NCBI GenBank assembly: GCA_964035545.1
Contig: OZ037767.1
Span: 32,256,628 to 32,320,627, forward strand
Direction: 5' to 3'
Source: Bugula neritina
Lineage: Eukaryota > Animalia > Bryozoa
DNA length: 64,000 bases
Shown here: positions 27,901-52,079 of the stretch, one piece after another
How the letters are laid out: the number at the start of each line of letters is the position of its first letter
How positions within the stretch are numbered: position 1 is the first letter of the stretch
The notes under the pieces: model-generated
What the model was told of the DNA's origin: nothing
Database searches by the model: none
The model's input: the letters and a program-made list of their open reading frames with translations, nothing else
Position numbers and translations under genes: made by a program

Positions 27901-29899
27901 GTGAAACTAACAAACACGACGTTGTTGAGTTCGATGAAAAAATACAAGACTGCAAATCCAGATTTGTAGGGTGGATGACTGAAAAGGAGAAAGAAAAAGA
28001 GGAGCTGATTGAGAAGGTGAGCCATTTAATTAATTTGACTATCAACTGTTGAATACATGAGACTTAGTAACTATCAACTGTTGAATACATGAGACTTAGT
28101 AACTATCAGCTGTTGAATACATGACACTTGGTAACTATCAACTGTTGAAATACATGACACTTAGTAACTATCAACTGTTGAAATCATGAGACTTAGTAAC
28201 TATCAACTGTTGAATACATGAGACTTAGTAACTATCAACTGTTGAATACATGACACTTAGTAACTATCAACTGTTGAAATACATGAGACTTAGTAACTAT
28301 CAACTGTTGAATACATGACACTTAGTAACTATCAACTGTTGAAATACATGAGACTTAGTAACTATCAACTGTTGAAACATTTTCTGTCACAGCAATCCCG
28401 GCTAAAGCTCCATCTTCACACTCAAACTTCAGACATTTCCATGGACAAGCTTTCTGAGGTGATAGACTCTCTAAACTCAATAAAGACAGAGTACCAGAAC
28501 AACAACAGACTCCTAGCCGAAGTTGACTCCGTCATCCGTCAGTTTCATGTTGACATCAACTTAATTCCTGGTCCAGAATTCATTAAAATAGTGGAACAGC
28601 TACACATGAAGCGGGAGCATCTCCCAGCGCCCCTGGCTGACTCAGAAAGATTTGACAACTATCCAGGTTAGTCATTTCTTGTCATTATGAACTCTCACAC
28701 GCCAGTCTCAATGATTGCCAATTGATTGAAATAAAAATTGAAAGCAAAAAAGTGGACTCACTAAATAGCACTCCCCCCAACTGCATCAGAGTGAAGCCTG
28801 CACACAACAGCTCTATATTTTGATGTCTGTGCAAAGTTTCCGTTAATAGTACAAACATTTATTCCATGTAGCTGAACCTTAATTGCTTCTTTACTCTTTT
28901 ACATGACATAGTTGTAAGACTCCCAAACCAATTGAATGAGACTCCCAGACCTCCAGTTCCAAGTGCTAGACTAACCGCAGCACGTACTGAAGGGAGACAG
29001 ACAGAGCATTCTCCTGGTAACAAACAAGCTATATTTATAACATATATAATTTAAATGTTCCATAATTCTGCAATTATATAACTACTTTATTTATAGCAGC
29101 TGTGAAAGAAGCTAGCCCTGTTTCTTCTCCATCTTTTGAGGTCAATACAGACTTACCTTTGGAGGAACAAAAGTAAGTAGATATTTAGACTTATACCTCT
29201 AGAAAAGAAAAGTAAGTAAATATACAGACTTATCCCTAAAAGGAAAAGTCAAGTAGATGAACATAGCTGCTCTCAAATAGTTTACACAAATATTTGCAGC
29301 TGGTATCACGGAGCTATTGGGATGCAGCGCTGTGAAGATATTTTGAGTTCTGAAGGAGAAGGAGCGTTTCTGGTGAGAAGCAGCACGACCTCTAGAGATC
29401 AAAAGACTCTTGTTGTCAAGTTAGTTCATACTTTTTAGTTTCACAACACCAGGGCTTGAAAGAGCAAATATTTGGAAGTGAGGCTGTTATTTCTTGCTTT
29501 GGTATAAACTGAGATCTCCTCCTATATAATTCTATGCTATGTTAGTGCATGAAGTAATTCTAGCAATTTGCTGCAGGTGGTTGCTGTTTTCATGCAGTGG
29601 AAACTACATGTAGACTTTTTCTCCAAGATTTGACAGTCATCTGGCTCTCCTTTATTATAAGTATTTATTTCAGGGTAGAAAATGAAACTATAAACCTAAA
29701 GATAGTGCCCCACCCTAAAGGAGGCTGCACTATAGGACACGATTCACAGAAGACATTCTCTTCGGTGTCGGAGCTGGTCAAGTATTGCCGTGACAACATA
29801 ATGCAGACTAAGGGAAGACGAGTCCTAACTCTGCGCTACCCGATTCCACGGCATGACGATGACACTTATGTCACCTTCTTACCGTGCCTGAAGAAATGA
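24938..29899 (+). CDS. TRIM-like E3 ligase with C-terminal SH2 domain (RING-HC, B-box, coiled coil, Pro-rich linker, SH2; ~447 aa). Exons 24938-25079, 26008-26178, 26373-26460, 27875-28016, 28393-28666, 28912-29016, 29097-29172, 29300-29419, 29674-29899
   Basis: GT-AG, phases consistent, 1344 nt. RING CFIC...RQLPCQHMMCYDCL...CCYC; B-box-like CQGFDC...FYCHNCHLCLCYKC...H; helical KEKEKEELIEK; RPPVPSAR; SH2 WYHGAI...GAFLVRSS...FSSVSELVKYC...LTLRYPI. Confidence 0.88.
26845..27615. repeat. 33/36-bp minisatellite GAGTAGGAGATGTGTATGGTTATATGCTGTGTGCTA
   Basis: Tandem units inside a TRIM-SH2 intron; explains ORF 26884-27519. Confidence 0.95.
28040..28378. repeat. ~32-bp minisatellite AACTATCAACTGTTGAATACATGAGACTTAGT
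   Basis: Fills intron 28017-28392. Confidence 0.93.
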
Positions 29900-30533
29900 G
29901 TTCTTAACTCCGTCAGCAAAGTTTAATATATAGTAATATTTATACAATTCTTATTATATACTGTTTTATATTATTCAAAAGCACTATTATATATATTCAA
30001 AAGCACTATTATATATATTCAAAAGTACTATTATATATATTGAAAAGATTGAAAGTTAATAATCAGCCAAGTATTAACTGTTTTTAACATAAAATAATTT
30101 TTAAAAAACAACCAAAATACTCTAAAAACACAAAACTCCAGAACAAATTATCCTACAGCTTAACTCATTTATAAATCTTTTAAATTTTTAAGAATTGGTA
30201 ATAATTTATGCCAACTAACTTGTTGAATTGAAATTGATAAAATTGCTAATTTGTAAAAACTAAGACAAAAGATGTGTGTGAATAACTCATTAGGTTCTGG
30301 GAGAATGTGAAATCAAAAACTGTAGCAGGTGATGGGTGCTTCCATAGTATATAATAATTCTATAGTATGTAGTATCACAGCATTAGGTAGCTTATTGTAA
30401 CTACAGTATTGTAAATACTGTAAGTGAAGGCAGTCATTGTATACTCTTGGAATTTCAGTTGTTCTTTCTCCATCAGAGTTATATACTCTTTGATTGTATA
30501 TTAGATGGTTACTCAGTATAGCCTATTAGATAG

Positions 30534-33500
30534 TTACTGAGATTCACACCTACAAACAGTCCAAAGTAAACATTTGACAACACAACAGAAGAATTTATTA
30601 TTTTACCTGCTGAATACTATTAAGTGATTAATGAGAAGCTGTGATGTCAAAATATTTTTAATTTAGTTCAATCATAGCCTCAATCCCTGTGAGAGATGAG
30701 GGTGGGTAGACACCCCGCCCTTTGATATCAATGACATCACTCGACACTTACTGTTGACTTCCGAGTTCGTTCATCATCCTTTGATGCCGTCGCATAGCCT
30801 GCCTCAGATCTCCCTCGTCCACTTCTCTCCTGGATCCACCACTGGCGTGTCGGTCAACTAACTCCAACTCACTGAGTAGACAACTCCACAATCCAACTCT
30901 ATTCGGGAAATCAATCCTAGCTACTTTACCTACAAAACAATCCTAGCTATTTTACCTACAAAACAATTTTAGCTTCTTTACCCACCAATCAATCCTAGCT
31001 ACTTTACCTACAAAACAATCCTAGCTATTTTACCTACAAAACAATTTTAGCTTCTTTACCCACCAATCAATCCTAGCTACTTTACCTACAAGTTATTGTA
31101 CCCATTCAGCTTATACAACTCTATCTCTGCCTCTATCCTTATTAAGTTTTTGTAACAAAATTTGGTGAGTTTTTCAAAAATAAAACTGGTGAAGTTTTTG
31201 ATAACACATGACCTTGACCTACACAAACACATGACCTTGGCCTACACCAACACATGACCTTGACCTACATCAACACGTAACCTTTACCTACACCAACACA
31301 TGACCTTGACCTACATCTTTCATCTCACCGTATTCAGGGTGGGAGTTGATCACTTTGACAATGCCTTCATCCTGGTGTGTGATTCCAGCCCAGCCAGATT
31401 GTGGCTCAGAGACCGACTTGAGAACCTGCAACAGTTTCACTCAGCTTTGAGTTGCCATAAAATACTTTCTGTATATAACCTATGAATTGACTCTGATACA
31501 CCAAACACAGTGTGTGATCGCTTGTTATAGTCCGTGGTCTAATAAAATACAACGGGTGCTTTCTCTACTCACCCTCACTTTGTCTCCAACCATTATAGAT
31601 CTCACTCTCTCAATCTCCGAGAGAAGCCCTCGCCACTCCGCACACTCGGGGAACCGGACTACTACATCCTCACCGCACACAGAGATTAGAGTTCCAATAC
31701 TATTGGACGTCACGCCAGCCCAGCCTCTTTCTGGCTCATGCACAGCCTTGTGGATCCACACTTCCTCCCCTACCTTATGACGTCAACTTTATATGACATT
31801 CACCAGTATGACAGACTACACACTATAAGCAGTTGCAGTACAAACTGTTGAGATATAAACACAGATATGTACATACTATATACACAGGTACATACAGACT
31901 ATAAACACACCTTCAGAGGTTCTGGAGCTACTGTTTCCAGCTCATCAAATATTCCCTTCCAGTTGCTGGAGTCAGGGAAGTCAACGATTACTTCACGAGT
32001 CGAATTTGGACCTCGGTTTCTGATCTCCCTGAGAGTTCCAATGCTACAGACAAACACCTTAGTATAATGTACTAGTGAGTAGTGTATAGTATAGCACACT
32101 AGCGAGTAGTGACTAGGGTATAGTATAGCATACTAGTGACTAGTGTATAGTATAGCACACTAGTGAGTAGTGACTAGGGTATAGTATAGCATACTAGTGA
32201 CTAGGGTATAGTATAGCATACTAGTGACTAGTGTATAGTATAGCACACTAGTGAGTAGTGACTAGGGTATAGTATAGCATACTAGTGACTAGGGTATAGT
32301 ATAGCATACTAGTGACTAGTGTATAGTATAGCATACACTAGTGACTAGGGTATAGTATAGCATACACTAGTGACTAGGGTATAGTATGGCATACTAGTGA
32401 CTAGGGTATAGTATAGCATACTAGTGACTAGTGTATAGTATAGCACACTAGTGAGTAGTGACTAGGGTATAGTATAGCATACTAGTGACTAGGGTATAGT
32501 ATAGCATACTAGTGACTAGTGTATAGTATAGCACACTAGTGAGTAGTGACTAGGGTATAGTATAGCATACTAGTGACTAGGGTATAGTATAGCATACTAG
32601 TGACTAGTGTATAGTATAGCATACACTAGTGACTAGGGTATAGTATAGCATACACTAGTGACTAGGGTATAGTATGGCATACTAGTGACTAGGGTATAGT
32701 ATAGCATACTAGTGACTAGTGTATAGTATAGCACACTAGTGAGTAGTGACTAGGGTATAGTATAGCATACTAGTGACTAGGGTATAGTATAGCATACTAG
32801 TGAGTAGTGTATAGTATAGCACACTAGTGAGTAGTGACTAGGGTATAGTATAGCACACACTAGTGACTAGGGTATAGTATAGCATACACTAGTGACTAGG
32901 GTATAGTATAGCATACACTAGTGACTAGGGTATAGTATAGCACACACTAGTGACTAGGGTATAGTATAGCACACACTAGTGACTAGTGTATAGTATAGCA
33001 CACACTAGTGACTAGGGTATAGTATAGCATACACTAGTGACTAGGGTATAGTACAATGTTTCACTTACTCGCCACGTTTAGTACCCCCCCACTTGAAGAA
33101 TGGCTCTTCAACTGAGTCCTTCACCTTCACAAGGTCACCCAAAACAGGAAGTCCATGAGCTACATTTGACTTGTCTAGTTTCGAGGTGTTGCCAACCCAA
33201 CCAGAGAAACCAGGAAACAGTACAGCACACTGGAATAAGCCAATCATAATATGAGACAGTCTACTAGCCACTACACAGTCTACTAGTCACTGCACAGTCT
33301 ACTAATCACTACACAGTCTACTAGTCACAACACTACACAGTATACTGATCACTACACAGTCTACTAGTCACTACACTACACAGTATATCTACAGTATATC
33401 TACACTACACTACACAGTATACTAGTCACATGTATATCTACACTACACAGTATACTAGTCACATGTATATCTACACTACACTACACAGTATACTAGTCAC

Positions 33501-36500
33501 GTGTATATCTACACTACACAACACAGTATACTAGTCACGTGTATATCTACACTACACAGTATACTAGTCACATGTATATCTACACTACACAACACAGTAT
33601 ACTAGTCACATGTATATCTACACTACACAGTATACAAGTCACATGTATATCTACACAACACAGTATACTAGTCACATGTATATCTACACTACACAACACA
33701 GTATACTAGTCACGTGTATATCTACACTACACTACACAGTATACTAGTCACGTGTATATCTACACTACACTACACAGTATACTAGTCACGTGTATATCTA
33801 CACTACACTACACAGTATACTAGTCACGTGTATATCTACACTACACTACACAGTATACTAGTCACGTGTATATCTACACTACACAACACAGTATACTAGT
33901 CACGTGTATATCTACACTACACAGTATACTAGTCACGTGTATATCTACACTACACAACACAGTATACTAGTCACGTGTATATCTACACTACACAGTATAC
34001 TAGTCACGTGTATATCTACACTACACAACACAGTATACTAGTCACGTGTATATCTACACTACACAGTATACTAGTCACGTGTATATCTACACTATACACA
34101 GTATACTAGTCACGTGTATATCTACACTACACAGTATACTAGTCACGTGTATATCTACACTACACAGTATACTAGTCACGTGTATATCTACACTACACAA
34201 CACAGTATACTAGTCACGTGTATATCTACACTACACAACACAGTATACTAGTCACGTGTATATCTACACTACACAGTATACTAGTCACGTGTATATCTAC
34301 ACTACACAACACACAACACAACTCATTCCATCTCTTACATCTCCTTTTGAGTTTATCTCATGGATGTATCCCACACTCAGGTGATCTAGCTTCTTTTCTA
34401 AGAAACTGGGTTTGAGAAGCTCAACATCCACCCGCAACCTCACACTGTCCCCGGCTTTAAACTTCCCGCTATTCTCTGCAAAAGATGAGTTAGTGTCAAG
34501 CCCTTCCTTTTATACGACTGCTGCTTGTTCTTTAATTTACTGTGGAACTACAAACCTACCGGAAGTGCTAGAAAGAACGTCTCGCAAACTCTGCAATACT
34601 TCGCTCGCTTCTTTCAACTCGCTATCTTGGTCATGTGACACAGAGGTAGAGGACTTTAGTCTCTCTACCATCTCTTTGGTGTTGGAGGAAGCAGAGCGCA
34701 GTTTTTCTAACTTCTCTTTTAAAGTAACTCTTTTTGATTGGATAATTTCTTTGATAGCTGCTATCTATAATTGAAGGTACAAGACCTACTGTACTAATAC
34801 ATATACTGTACTTACACATATACTGTACTTACACATATACTATACCTACACATATACTATACTTACACATATACTATACCTACACATATACTATACTTAC
34901 ACATATACTGTACTTACACATATACTATACTTACACATATACTGTACTTACACATATACTATACTTACACATATACTATACTTACACATATACTATACTT
35001 ACACATATACTATACCTACACATATACTGTACTTACACATATACTATACTTACACATATACTATACTTACACATATACTATACTTACACATATACTGTAC
35101 TTACACATATACTATACCTACACATATACTGTACTTACACATATACTATACTTACACATATACTATACTTACACATATACTATACTTACACATATACTAT
35201 ACCTACACATATACTGTACTTACACATATACTGTACTTACACATAATACACATAATACACATAATACATAATACATAATACACATTATACTATACCTACA
35301 CATATACTATACTTACACATATACTGTACTTACACATATACTGTACTTACACATATACTATACTTACACATATACTATACTTACACATATACTATACTTA
35401 CACATATACTATACTTACACATATACTATACTTACACATATACTATACTTACACATATACTGTAAGTTGTGATGAGTGTTCAGAGAAGTGCAACAGAGTT
35501 TACCTTAACTTCTGACTTCTCCTTCAAAGAGTTCACTTTCTCTTCTAACAAGCTGTGTATTTTATCTTCCATTTTCTGCTCTGTGCTCTCCCAGTCACTT
35601 ACCAGCTCTTCATACACTTTCCTCTGCATTCAACAAACATGATTATCTGCAGTGTATATTTTAGTTATATGATCATCTGCAGTGTATATTTTAGTAACAT
35701 GATCATCTGCAGTGTATATTTTAGTAACATGATTATCTGCAGTGTATAGTTTAGTAATATGATTATCTGCAGTGTATAGTTTAGTAACATGATCATCTGC
35801 AGTGTATATTTTAGTAACATGATTATCTGCAGTGTATATTTTAGTAATATGATTATCTGCAGTGTATATTTTAGTAACATGATTATCTGCAGTGTATAGT
35901 TTAGTAATATGATTATCTGCAGTGTATATTTTAGTAACATGATTATCTGCAGTGTATATTTTAGTAACATGATTATCTGCAGACTGCAGGGTATATTTTA
36001 GTAATATGATTATCTGCAGTGTATATTTTAGTAATAACATTATCTGCAGTGTATAGTTTAGTAATATGATTATCTGCAGTGTTGAATAAAGAAGTTGTCT
36101 TTACCTTCTCTTCTGCAGTTCCAAGTAACTCCTCACTTTTATCAAAGACTGGCTGAAATTTTAGCTTTGGTTTATAAGATTCGTCATCTAAGAAAAATAA
36201 TATAATATGAACACATCTGTAGAGCTAAATAATATAACATGAACACATCTGTAGAACTAAATAATATAATATGAACACATCTGTAGAATTAAATAATATA
36301 ATATGAACAACTCTGTAGAACTAACAATAATATAATATGAACACATCTGTAGAACTAAATAATATAATATGAACAAATCTGTAGAACTAAATAATATAAT
36401 ATGAACACATCTGTAGAACTAAATAATATAATATGAACACATCTGTAGAACTAAATAATATAATATGAACACATCTGTAGAACTAAATAATATAATATGA

Positions 36501-39500
36501 ACACATCTGTAGAACTAAATAATATAATATGAACACATCTGTAGAACTAAATAATATAATATGAACACATCTGTAGAACTAAATAATATAATATGAACAC
36601 ATCTGTAGAACTAAATAATATAATATGAACACATCTGTAGAACTAAATAATATAATATGAACAACTCTGTAGAACTAAATAATATAATATGAACACATCT
36701 GTAGAACTAAATAATATAATATGAACACATCTGTAGAACTAAATAATATAATATGAACACATCTGTAGAACTAAATAATATAATATGAACAACTCTGTAG
36801 AACTAAATAATATAATATGAACACATCTGTAGAACTAAATAATATAATATGAACACATCTGTAGAACTAAATAATATAACATGAACACATCTGTAGAACT
36901 AAATAATATAATATGAACACATCTGTAGAATTAAATAATATAATATGAACACATCTGTAGAACTAAATAATATAATATGAACACATCTGTAGAACTAAAT
37001 AATATAATATGAACAACTCTGTAGAACTAAATAATATAATATGAACACATCTGTAGAACTAAATAATATAATATGAACACATCTGTAGAACTAAATAGTA
37101 TAATATGAACACATCTGTAGAACTAAATAATATAATATGAACACATCTGTAGAACTAAATAATATAATATGAACACATCTGTAGAACTAAATAATATAAT
37201 ATGAACAACTCTGTAGAACTAAATAATATAATATGAACACATCTGTAGAACTAAATAATATAATATGAACACATCTGTAGAACTAAATAATATAATATGA
37301 ACACATCTGTAGAACTAAATAATATAATATGAACACATCTGTAGAACTAAATAATATAATATGAACACATCTGTAGAACTAAATAATATAATATGAACAC
37401 ATCTGTAGAACTAAATAATATAATATGAACACATCTGTAGAACTAAATAATATAATATGAACACATCTGTAGAACTAAATAATATAATATGAACAACTCT
37501 GTAGAACTAAATAATATAATATGAACACATCTGTAGAGCTAAATAATATAATATGAACACATCTGTAGAACTAAATAATATAATATGAACACATCTGTAG
37601 AACTAAATAATATAATATGAACACATCTGTAGAACTAAATAATATAATATGAACACATCTGTAGAACTAAATAATATAATATGAACACATCTGTAGAACT
37701 AAATAATATAATATGAACAACTCTGTAGAACTAAATAATATAATATGAACAACTCTGTAGAACTAAATAATATAATATGAACACATCTGTAGAACTAAAT
37801 AATATAATATGAACACATCTGTAGAACTAAATAATATAATATGAACACATCTGTAGAACTAAATAATATAATATGAACACATCTGTAGAACTAAATAATA
37901 TAATATGAACACATCTGTAGAACTAAATAATATAATATGAACACATCTGTAGAACTAAATAGTATAATATGAACACATCTGTAGAACTAAATAGTATAAT
38001 ATGAACACATCTGTAGAACTAAATAATATAATATGAACACATCTGTAGAACTAAATAATATAATATGAACACATCTGTAGAACTAAATAATATAATATGA
38101 ACACATCTGTAGAACTAAATAATATAATATGAACACATCTGTAGAACTAAATAATATAATATGAACACATCTGTAGAACTAAATAATATAATATGAACAC
38201 ATCTGTAGAACTAAATAATATAATATGAACACATCTGTAGAACTAAATAATATAATATGAACACATCTGTAGAACTAAATAATATAATATGAACACATCT
38301 GTAGAACTAAATAATATAATATGAACACATCTGTAGAACTAAATAATATAATATGAACACATCTGTAGAACTAAATAATATAATATGAACACATCTGTAG
38401 AACTAAATAATATAACATGAACAACTCTGTAGAATTAACAACAATTAGTACATTTTTAACCAAATTATTTTTTAAACGACTGAATTAATTGTGATGAACT
38501 AACTATTTTATAATTTCTTGACTATAATGGTAATTCTATTATAAGTAGAAATAATTATATGCCCTATAATACCTTGCCAATATAATGGCTCATCGCAGGA
38601 CACAGTTGTAAAGCTGACATATCATCTAACTATTGTGTACAAGCTACAAGCACTATGACTAAACCCTAAGACCTGCCTTCTGGCTTTCCTTGGGTGGAGC
38701 TCTCTGCAGAAGTGATGGTTTCTGCAGCCTCTGAGGCTTTCCTAGCCAACTCTGTCTGCTGCACAATGCTGGCCAGTTGTTTGGTAAATAGACTGTCTGG
38801 TAGACTCTCAAAGCCTCCATTAGGAACAAACAACTCCTGTATTCAAAATAAGAAGCTCTTCTAAGGGACTTGAAACAGGCTATAATAATTGCCAGTGTAG
38901 AGAAAGTTGATAATAAAAGTATTTTATATGTTCCTACACATAATTGCATTTATTTAACTACCTTTTTTATTACTTGAATATGACATCATCACATTCCATG
39001 ATGCAATATATTGGGAATTCCACCAGTAACAGTGGTGTATAGGTATATTATATAATCAGTTTTGAAATGTGAATAGATCAAACAGACGCAGACTTTCACT
39101 CATATGTATGTCTTATGTCGTATGCCGTTGCATATTTTTCATCCACTACTCATGGGTAAAAGGCTGAGTTTCAGGAATATAAAACTTAGTCAATGTAGAG
39201 ATAACTTCATATTTTTACCAATTAAACTTTGAAATATCGATTGATTTCACATTGTGTACTTTGAATCTTTATATTTTCAGTTAGTAGGTGTGCTCGATTC
39301 TGTTATTTCCCAATGAGGTATAGTCAGCATAGGTACAGTGGTTTCACGCATGTGCAGGTAATGTGTATTTGTCTTACCCTTAGACACAGAGGGCACTTGT
39401 ATTTGCTCTCAACTACTTTGAGGCTATTTAGACACTCTAAGCAAAGTGTGTGCTGGCATGGTAGTTGTTTCTGTGTGTCCTTATCATCTAAGCAAATCTT

Positions 39501-39548
39501 GCATTGCATCATCTCTCTTATTTGCTCTTCTAATGCTTGCAGTGCCAT
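30534..39548 (-). CDS. RING-HC, coiled coil, four HERC2/KEG-type SH3-like repeats, CaaX; E3 ligase paralog D (~553 aa). Exons 39548-39378, 38836-38677, 36187-36105, 35623-35504, 34764-34560, 34475-34339, 33229-33069, 32043-31911, 31773-31573, 31425-31329, 30929-30752, 30549-30534
   Basis: RING CKIC...KQLPCQHTLCLECL...KCPLC; repeats such as VGEEVWIHKAVHEPERGWAGVTSNSIGTL...VVRFPECAEWRGLLSEIERV and VGDKVRVLKSVSEPQSGWAGITHQDEG...IDFP...WSCLLSELELV; 1662 nt in frame; one GC-AG intron; last exon gives CESQ* (unspliced alternative stops at 30748). Confidence 0.85.
32065..34320. repeat. Two intronic minisatellites: ACTAGTGACTAGGGTATAGTATAGCAT-type (32065-33055) and CAGTATACTAGTCACGTGTATATCTACACTACA-type (33255-34320)
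   Basis: Tandem units either side of exon 33069-33229. Confidence 0.93.
34800..36080. repeat. 19-bp array TACTTACACATATACTA/G-type (34800-35460) and 30-bp array GATTATCTGCAGTGTATATTTTAGTAACAT (35637-36080)
   Basis: Tandem units filling two introns of paralog D. Confidence 0.93.
36195..38435. repeat. 32-bp minisatellite CTGTAGAACTAAATAATATAATATGAACACAT (~70 copies)
   Basis: Highly homogeneous tandem array in intron 2 of paralog D. Confidence 0.97.
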
Positions 39549-40789
39549 CTATAATGACCAAAATCATTTGTGTTATTCTTACAGTGGGTTTGGAAAGAGT
39601 GCGAGTAGCAGTACGTACTGTCAGTACTTATTTTATTTTAATGTCATTGCATCATCGCTCTAGACTGATGAGAACATTAAGTGGTTTGCTATAAATATGT
39701 ATAAAAATAACAGCCACACAGTTATTTTCACACCCAGGATGATCATGTTCTATCTTTCATGGCTTTTCAAAATTGATTTAACCAAACTAGCAAGTTTTTA
39801 TATTAAACATTGCTCGTAGCTAAGTAAGCATACCTTGCTGTGGGAGTAACTTGCACTCTTTTAGATTCTATTCACGTATTCAAACTGACAGTCGCTCACT
39901 GAAGCTCTTCTGCTTTACAAAGTTATACCTTCTACTAGCAGCACCGCTAAGCCTATGCCCCTCACTAACAATACTTGAACAAACAATACTTTTGGAAATT
40001 CCAACATATTATGCGTATTGTAATTTCGTGCATATATATGTATATATACGTATTATTATCCATCACGCGTGCTACCTAGTTTGTTCAATTTCAGTTTCGA
40101 TTTGGTACAATACAGCTATTCATCCATACACAGATATCCATCTAGCAACAGCTAGCCTAACTTACTGTATTCACTAAATGTAGACATGCATCACACCTGT
40201 ACTGAAGACTTCACGTTGGTGTTCTAGTAGCATAATGCTGGGTGTGAACAATGAGAACTGTCTATTACAAAATTAGTAGCCTGCCGCTGCACAATGTCTT
40301 TATATTTAGAGTAAAGACTCTTAGATGACTAGCTTAGACTCAATCTTTAGCAAATAACAGTGAAAGTAACTCTACCCTTTGCATGGTTGTTGCATTGGAG
40401 CAGAAACTGTTTTACTGTTGTGTCAAGAAAGTTTGAGGCTCACCAAGAGCCTAGTTTTTATTATAAATGACTGCAGCATTTCCTATCATCTATTAGCTCT
40501 GTATAATCACATGTAGGTAACCACTAACTCTGCTCTTACACTCTTTACTCTGATTTTACATGCCAACTCTATATCAAGGAGTTATCAGTCCAGTTCAGTT
40601 ACGCTTTCTATAGTATAATTTAGCCAATGCTGACACTGCACCTGGGTATGCACATACTTTGCTAATATTATTGATTTATTTATTCACTTTTCTGCTACAG
40701 CAAGCAGCTATTGATTGTGGAATATTCCAGTATGTATTCTGCACCTACTGGAATAAATTGGAATATTCCAGGAAGTAAAATGTGTGTCT

Positions 40790-41654
40790 AATTCTATTAG
40801 TAAACTGTGTATGCTATTCTATTAGTAAACTATGTATGCTATTCTATTAGTAAACTGTGTATATGCTATTCTATTAGTAAACTGTGTATATGCTATTCTA
40901 TTAGTAAACTGTGTATGTTATTCTATTAGTAAACTGTGTATGCTATTCTACTAGTAAACTGTGTATGCTATTCTATTAGTAAACTGTGTATGCTATTCTA
41001 TTAGTAAACTGTATATGCTATTCTATTAGTAAACTATGTATGCTATTCTATTAGTAAACTGTGTATGCTATTCTACTAGTAAACTGTGTATGCTATTCTA
41101 TTAATAAACTGTGTATGCTATTCTATTAGTAAACTGTGTATGCTATTCTATTAGTAAACTGTATATGCTATTCTATTAGTAAACTGTGTATGCTATTCTA
41201 TTAGTAAACTGTGTATGCTATTCTATTAGTCGGTAGACAAGGCTGAGTAATTAGAATATGAAACTGAATTTTATTTGTTCCAAACGAAAAGTATTGTGCA
41301 TTGTAAAAGAAATAACTGCATAATTTAAGCTTAAGGCATTAGCAACATGAAGAACATAACACTATGACACTGCAAAATGTAATATAGTGGAACAGTGAGT
41401 TTTGTAACCCTAAAACACACCCTTTACGTATAGTTGTGTTGTATATCTATTGTGTTGTATATCTACTGTGTTGTATATCTAGTGTGTTGTATATCTAGTG
41501 TGTTGTATATCTACTGTGTTGTATATCTACTGTGTTGTATATCTACTGTGTTGGATATCTATTGTGTTGTATATCTACTGTGTTGGATATCTATTGTGTT
41601 GTATATCTACTGTGTTGGATATCTATTGTGTTGTATATCTAGTGTGTTGTATAT

Positions 41655-41660
<6 letters not shown>
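40790..41660. repeat. Array TGCTATTCTATTAGTAAACTGTGTA-type (40790-41230) and 16-bp array GTGTTGTATATCTACT (41435-41660)
   Basis: Tandem units; the second begins at the stop codon of paralog E. Confidence 0.9.
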
Positions 41661-50922
<9,262 letters not shown>

Positions 50923-51265
50923 CTCTTCTAAAATTATTATTATTAATAATTATTATTTTATATATATATATAATAATAACAATAATAATAATAAAAGTAT
51001 AATGCTCTCACTTGTTTGTCACCAGCTCCGTGCTAGCTCGTCTATGTATACCCTGTAGGCTTGTGTGTATACTCTAGCACCAGCTCCCTCCTTACTTATA
51101 GGCTTTCAAATAATTGATCCATTGACACAATGCTTGGAAATTTTATATTCCATTCAGTTGCTTTGGATTATGCAATTGGAAACCAATACGGGTTATTGTA
51201 ACTTTCAAAGTTTTAATGGAGCATTCAACAGTAACAATATAGAGTACTTCATTGTCAATATAAAG

Positions 51266-51607
51266 CAGTGGTTCCCGCCTGGGGGATTTCCTCCTTGGGG
51301 GGTTTTGGGCTTTTAAGGGGGATTTTATTTTACCTGTACTTAGTGGATCATTAAAAATGAAAAGAGAAACTGCCTTACCTGAAAAGTGACCTGGGACGTA
51401 CCCTGTCAAAAGCAGAGTCAGACTTAAGAGGCCGACACAAAAGCATCAGCTGAAGCTATCGCATATTTAATTGAACTTCTCCATGTTTTATACATTCACA
51501 ATATATAATTATTACTTACAATCTGATATTATAATCATTGTATATTATAATATTATATCAGTCATATAAATTGCACTGGACTGGTGTAGAGAAGTTGAGA
51601 ACCACTG
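51266..51607. mobile_element. hAT (Charlie-like) MITE, 342 bp, upstream of the first coding exon of paralog E
   Basis: Termini CAGTGGTTC / GAACCACTG; 8-bp TSD ATATAAAG at 51258-51265 and 51608-51615. Confidence 0.85.
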
Positions 51608-52079
51608 ATATAAAGAGTTCCAGACCAACCAAAAAACTTCCTATTTCCCATTTCATCAATCAATATTTAACTAGCATATTTTTCTGTTAGAATTTTACCA
51701 AGAATGATATAATAACTTTTTAGAGAGCAAAGTATACTTAGTTATACAATAGATTACAGCCTAATGCATATGGCCATATAGCATGCTATATCACAATGCA
51801 TATGGCTATATACATCATATTCTAATGCATGATACTATAATATATTTTAACTGATATGGCTATATAATATAATATAACATCATATAGGTTAATGTGAATA
51901 ACACTACAGATATATGTTCAGATGGTGTAAACTAAAAATAAACAAACTAAACCTTTGCATGCTCACAAGCCTGGCTGTCATATTCAAAAGAGAAGACAAC
52001 TTTCTATTTCATATTCTCTTTCATATTAAAATAATATGTTGTTAATAAGAAAGTAGTAACCTTATTACTGTTGTGCTTG

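Noticed and set aside
36195-38435. 32-bp repeat array resembling CRISPR repeat length
   Set aside because: Head-to-tail units with no unique spacers and no cas genes; eukaryotic intron.
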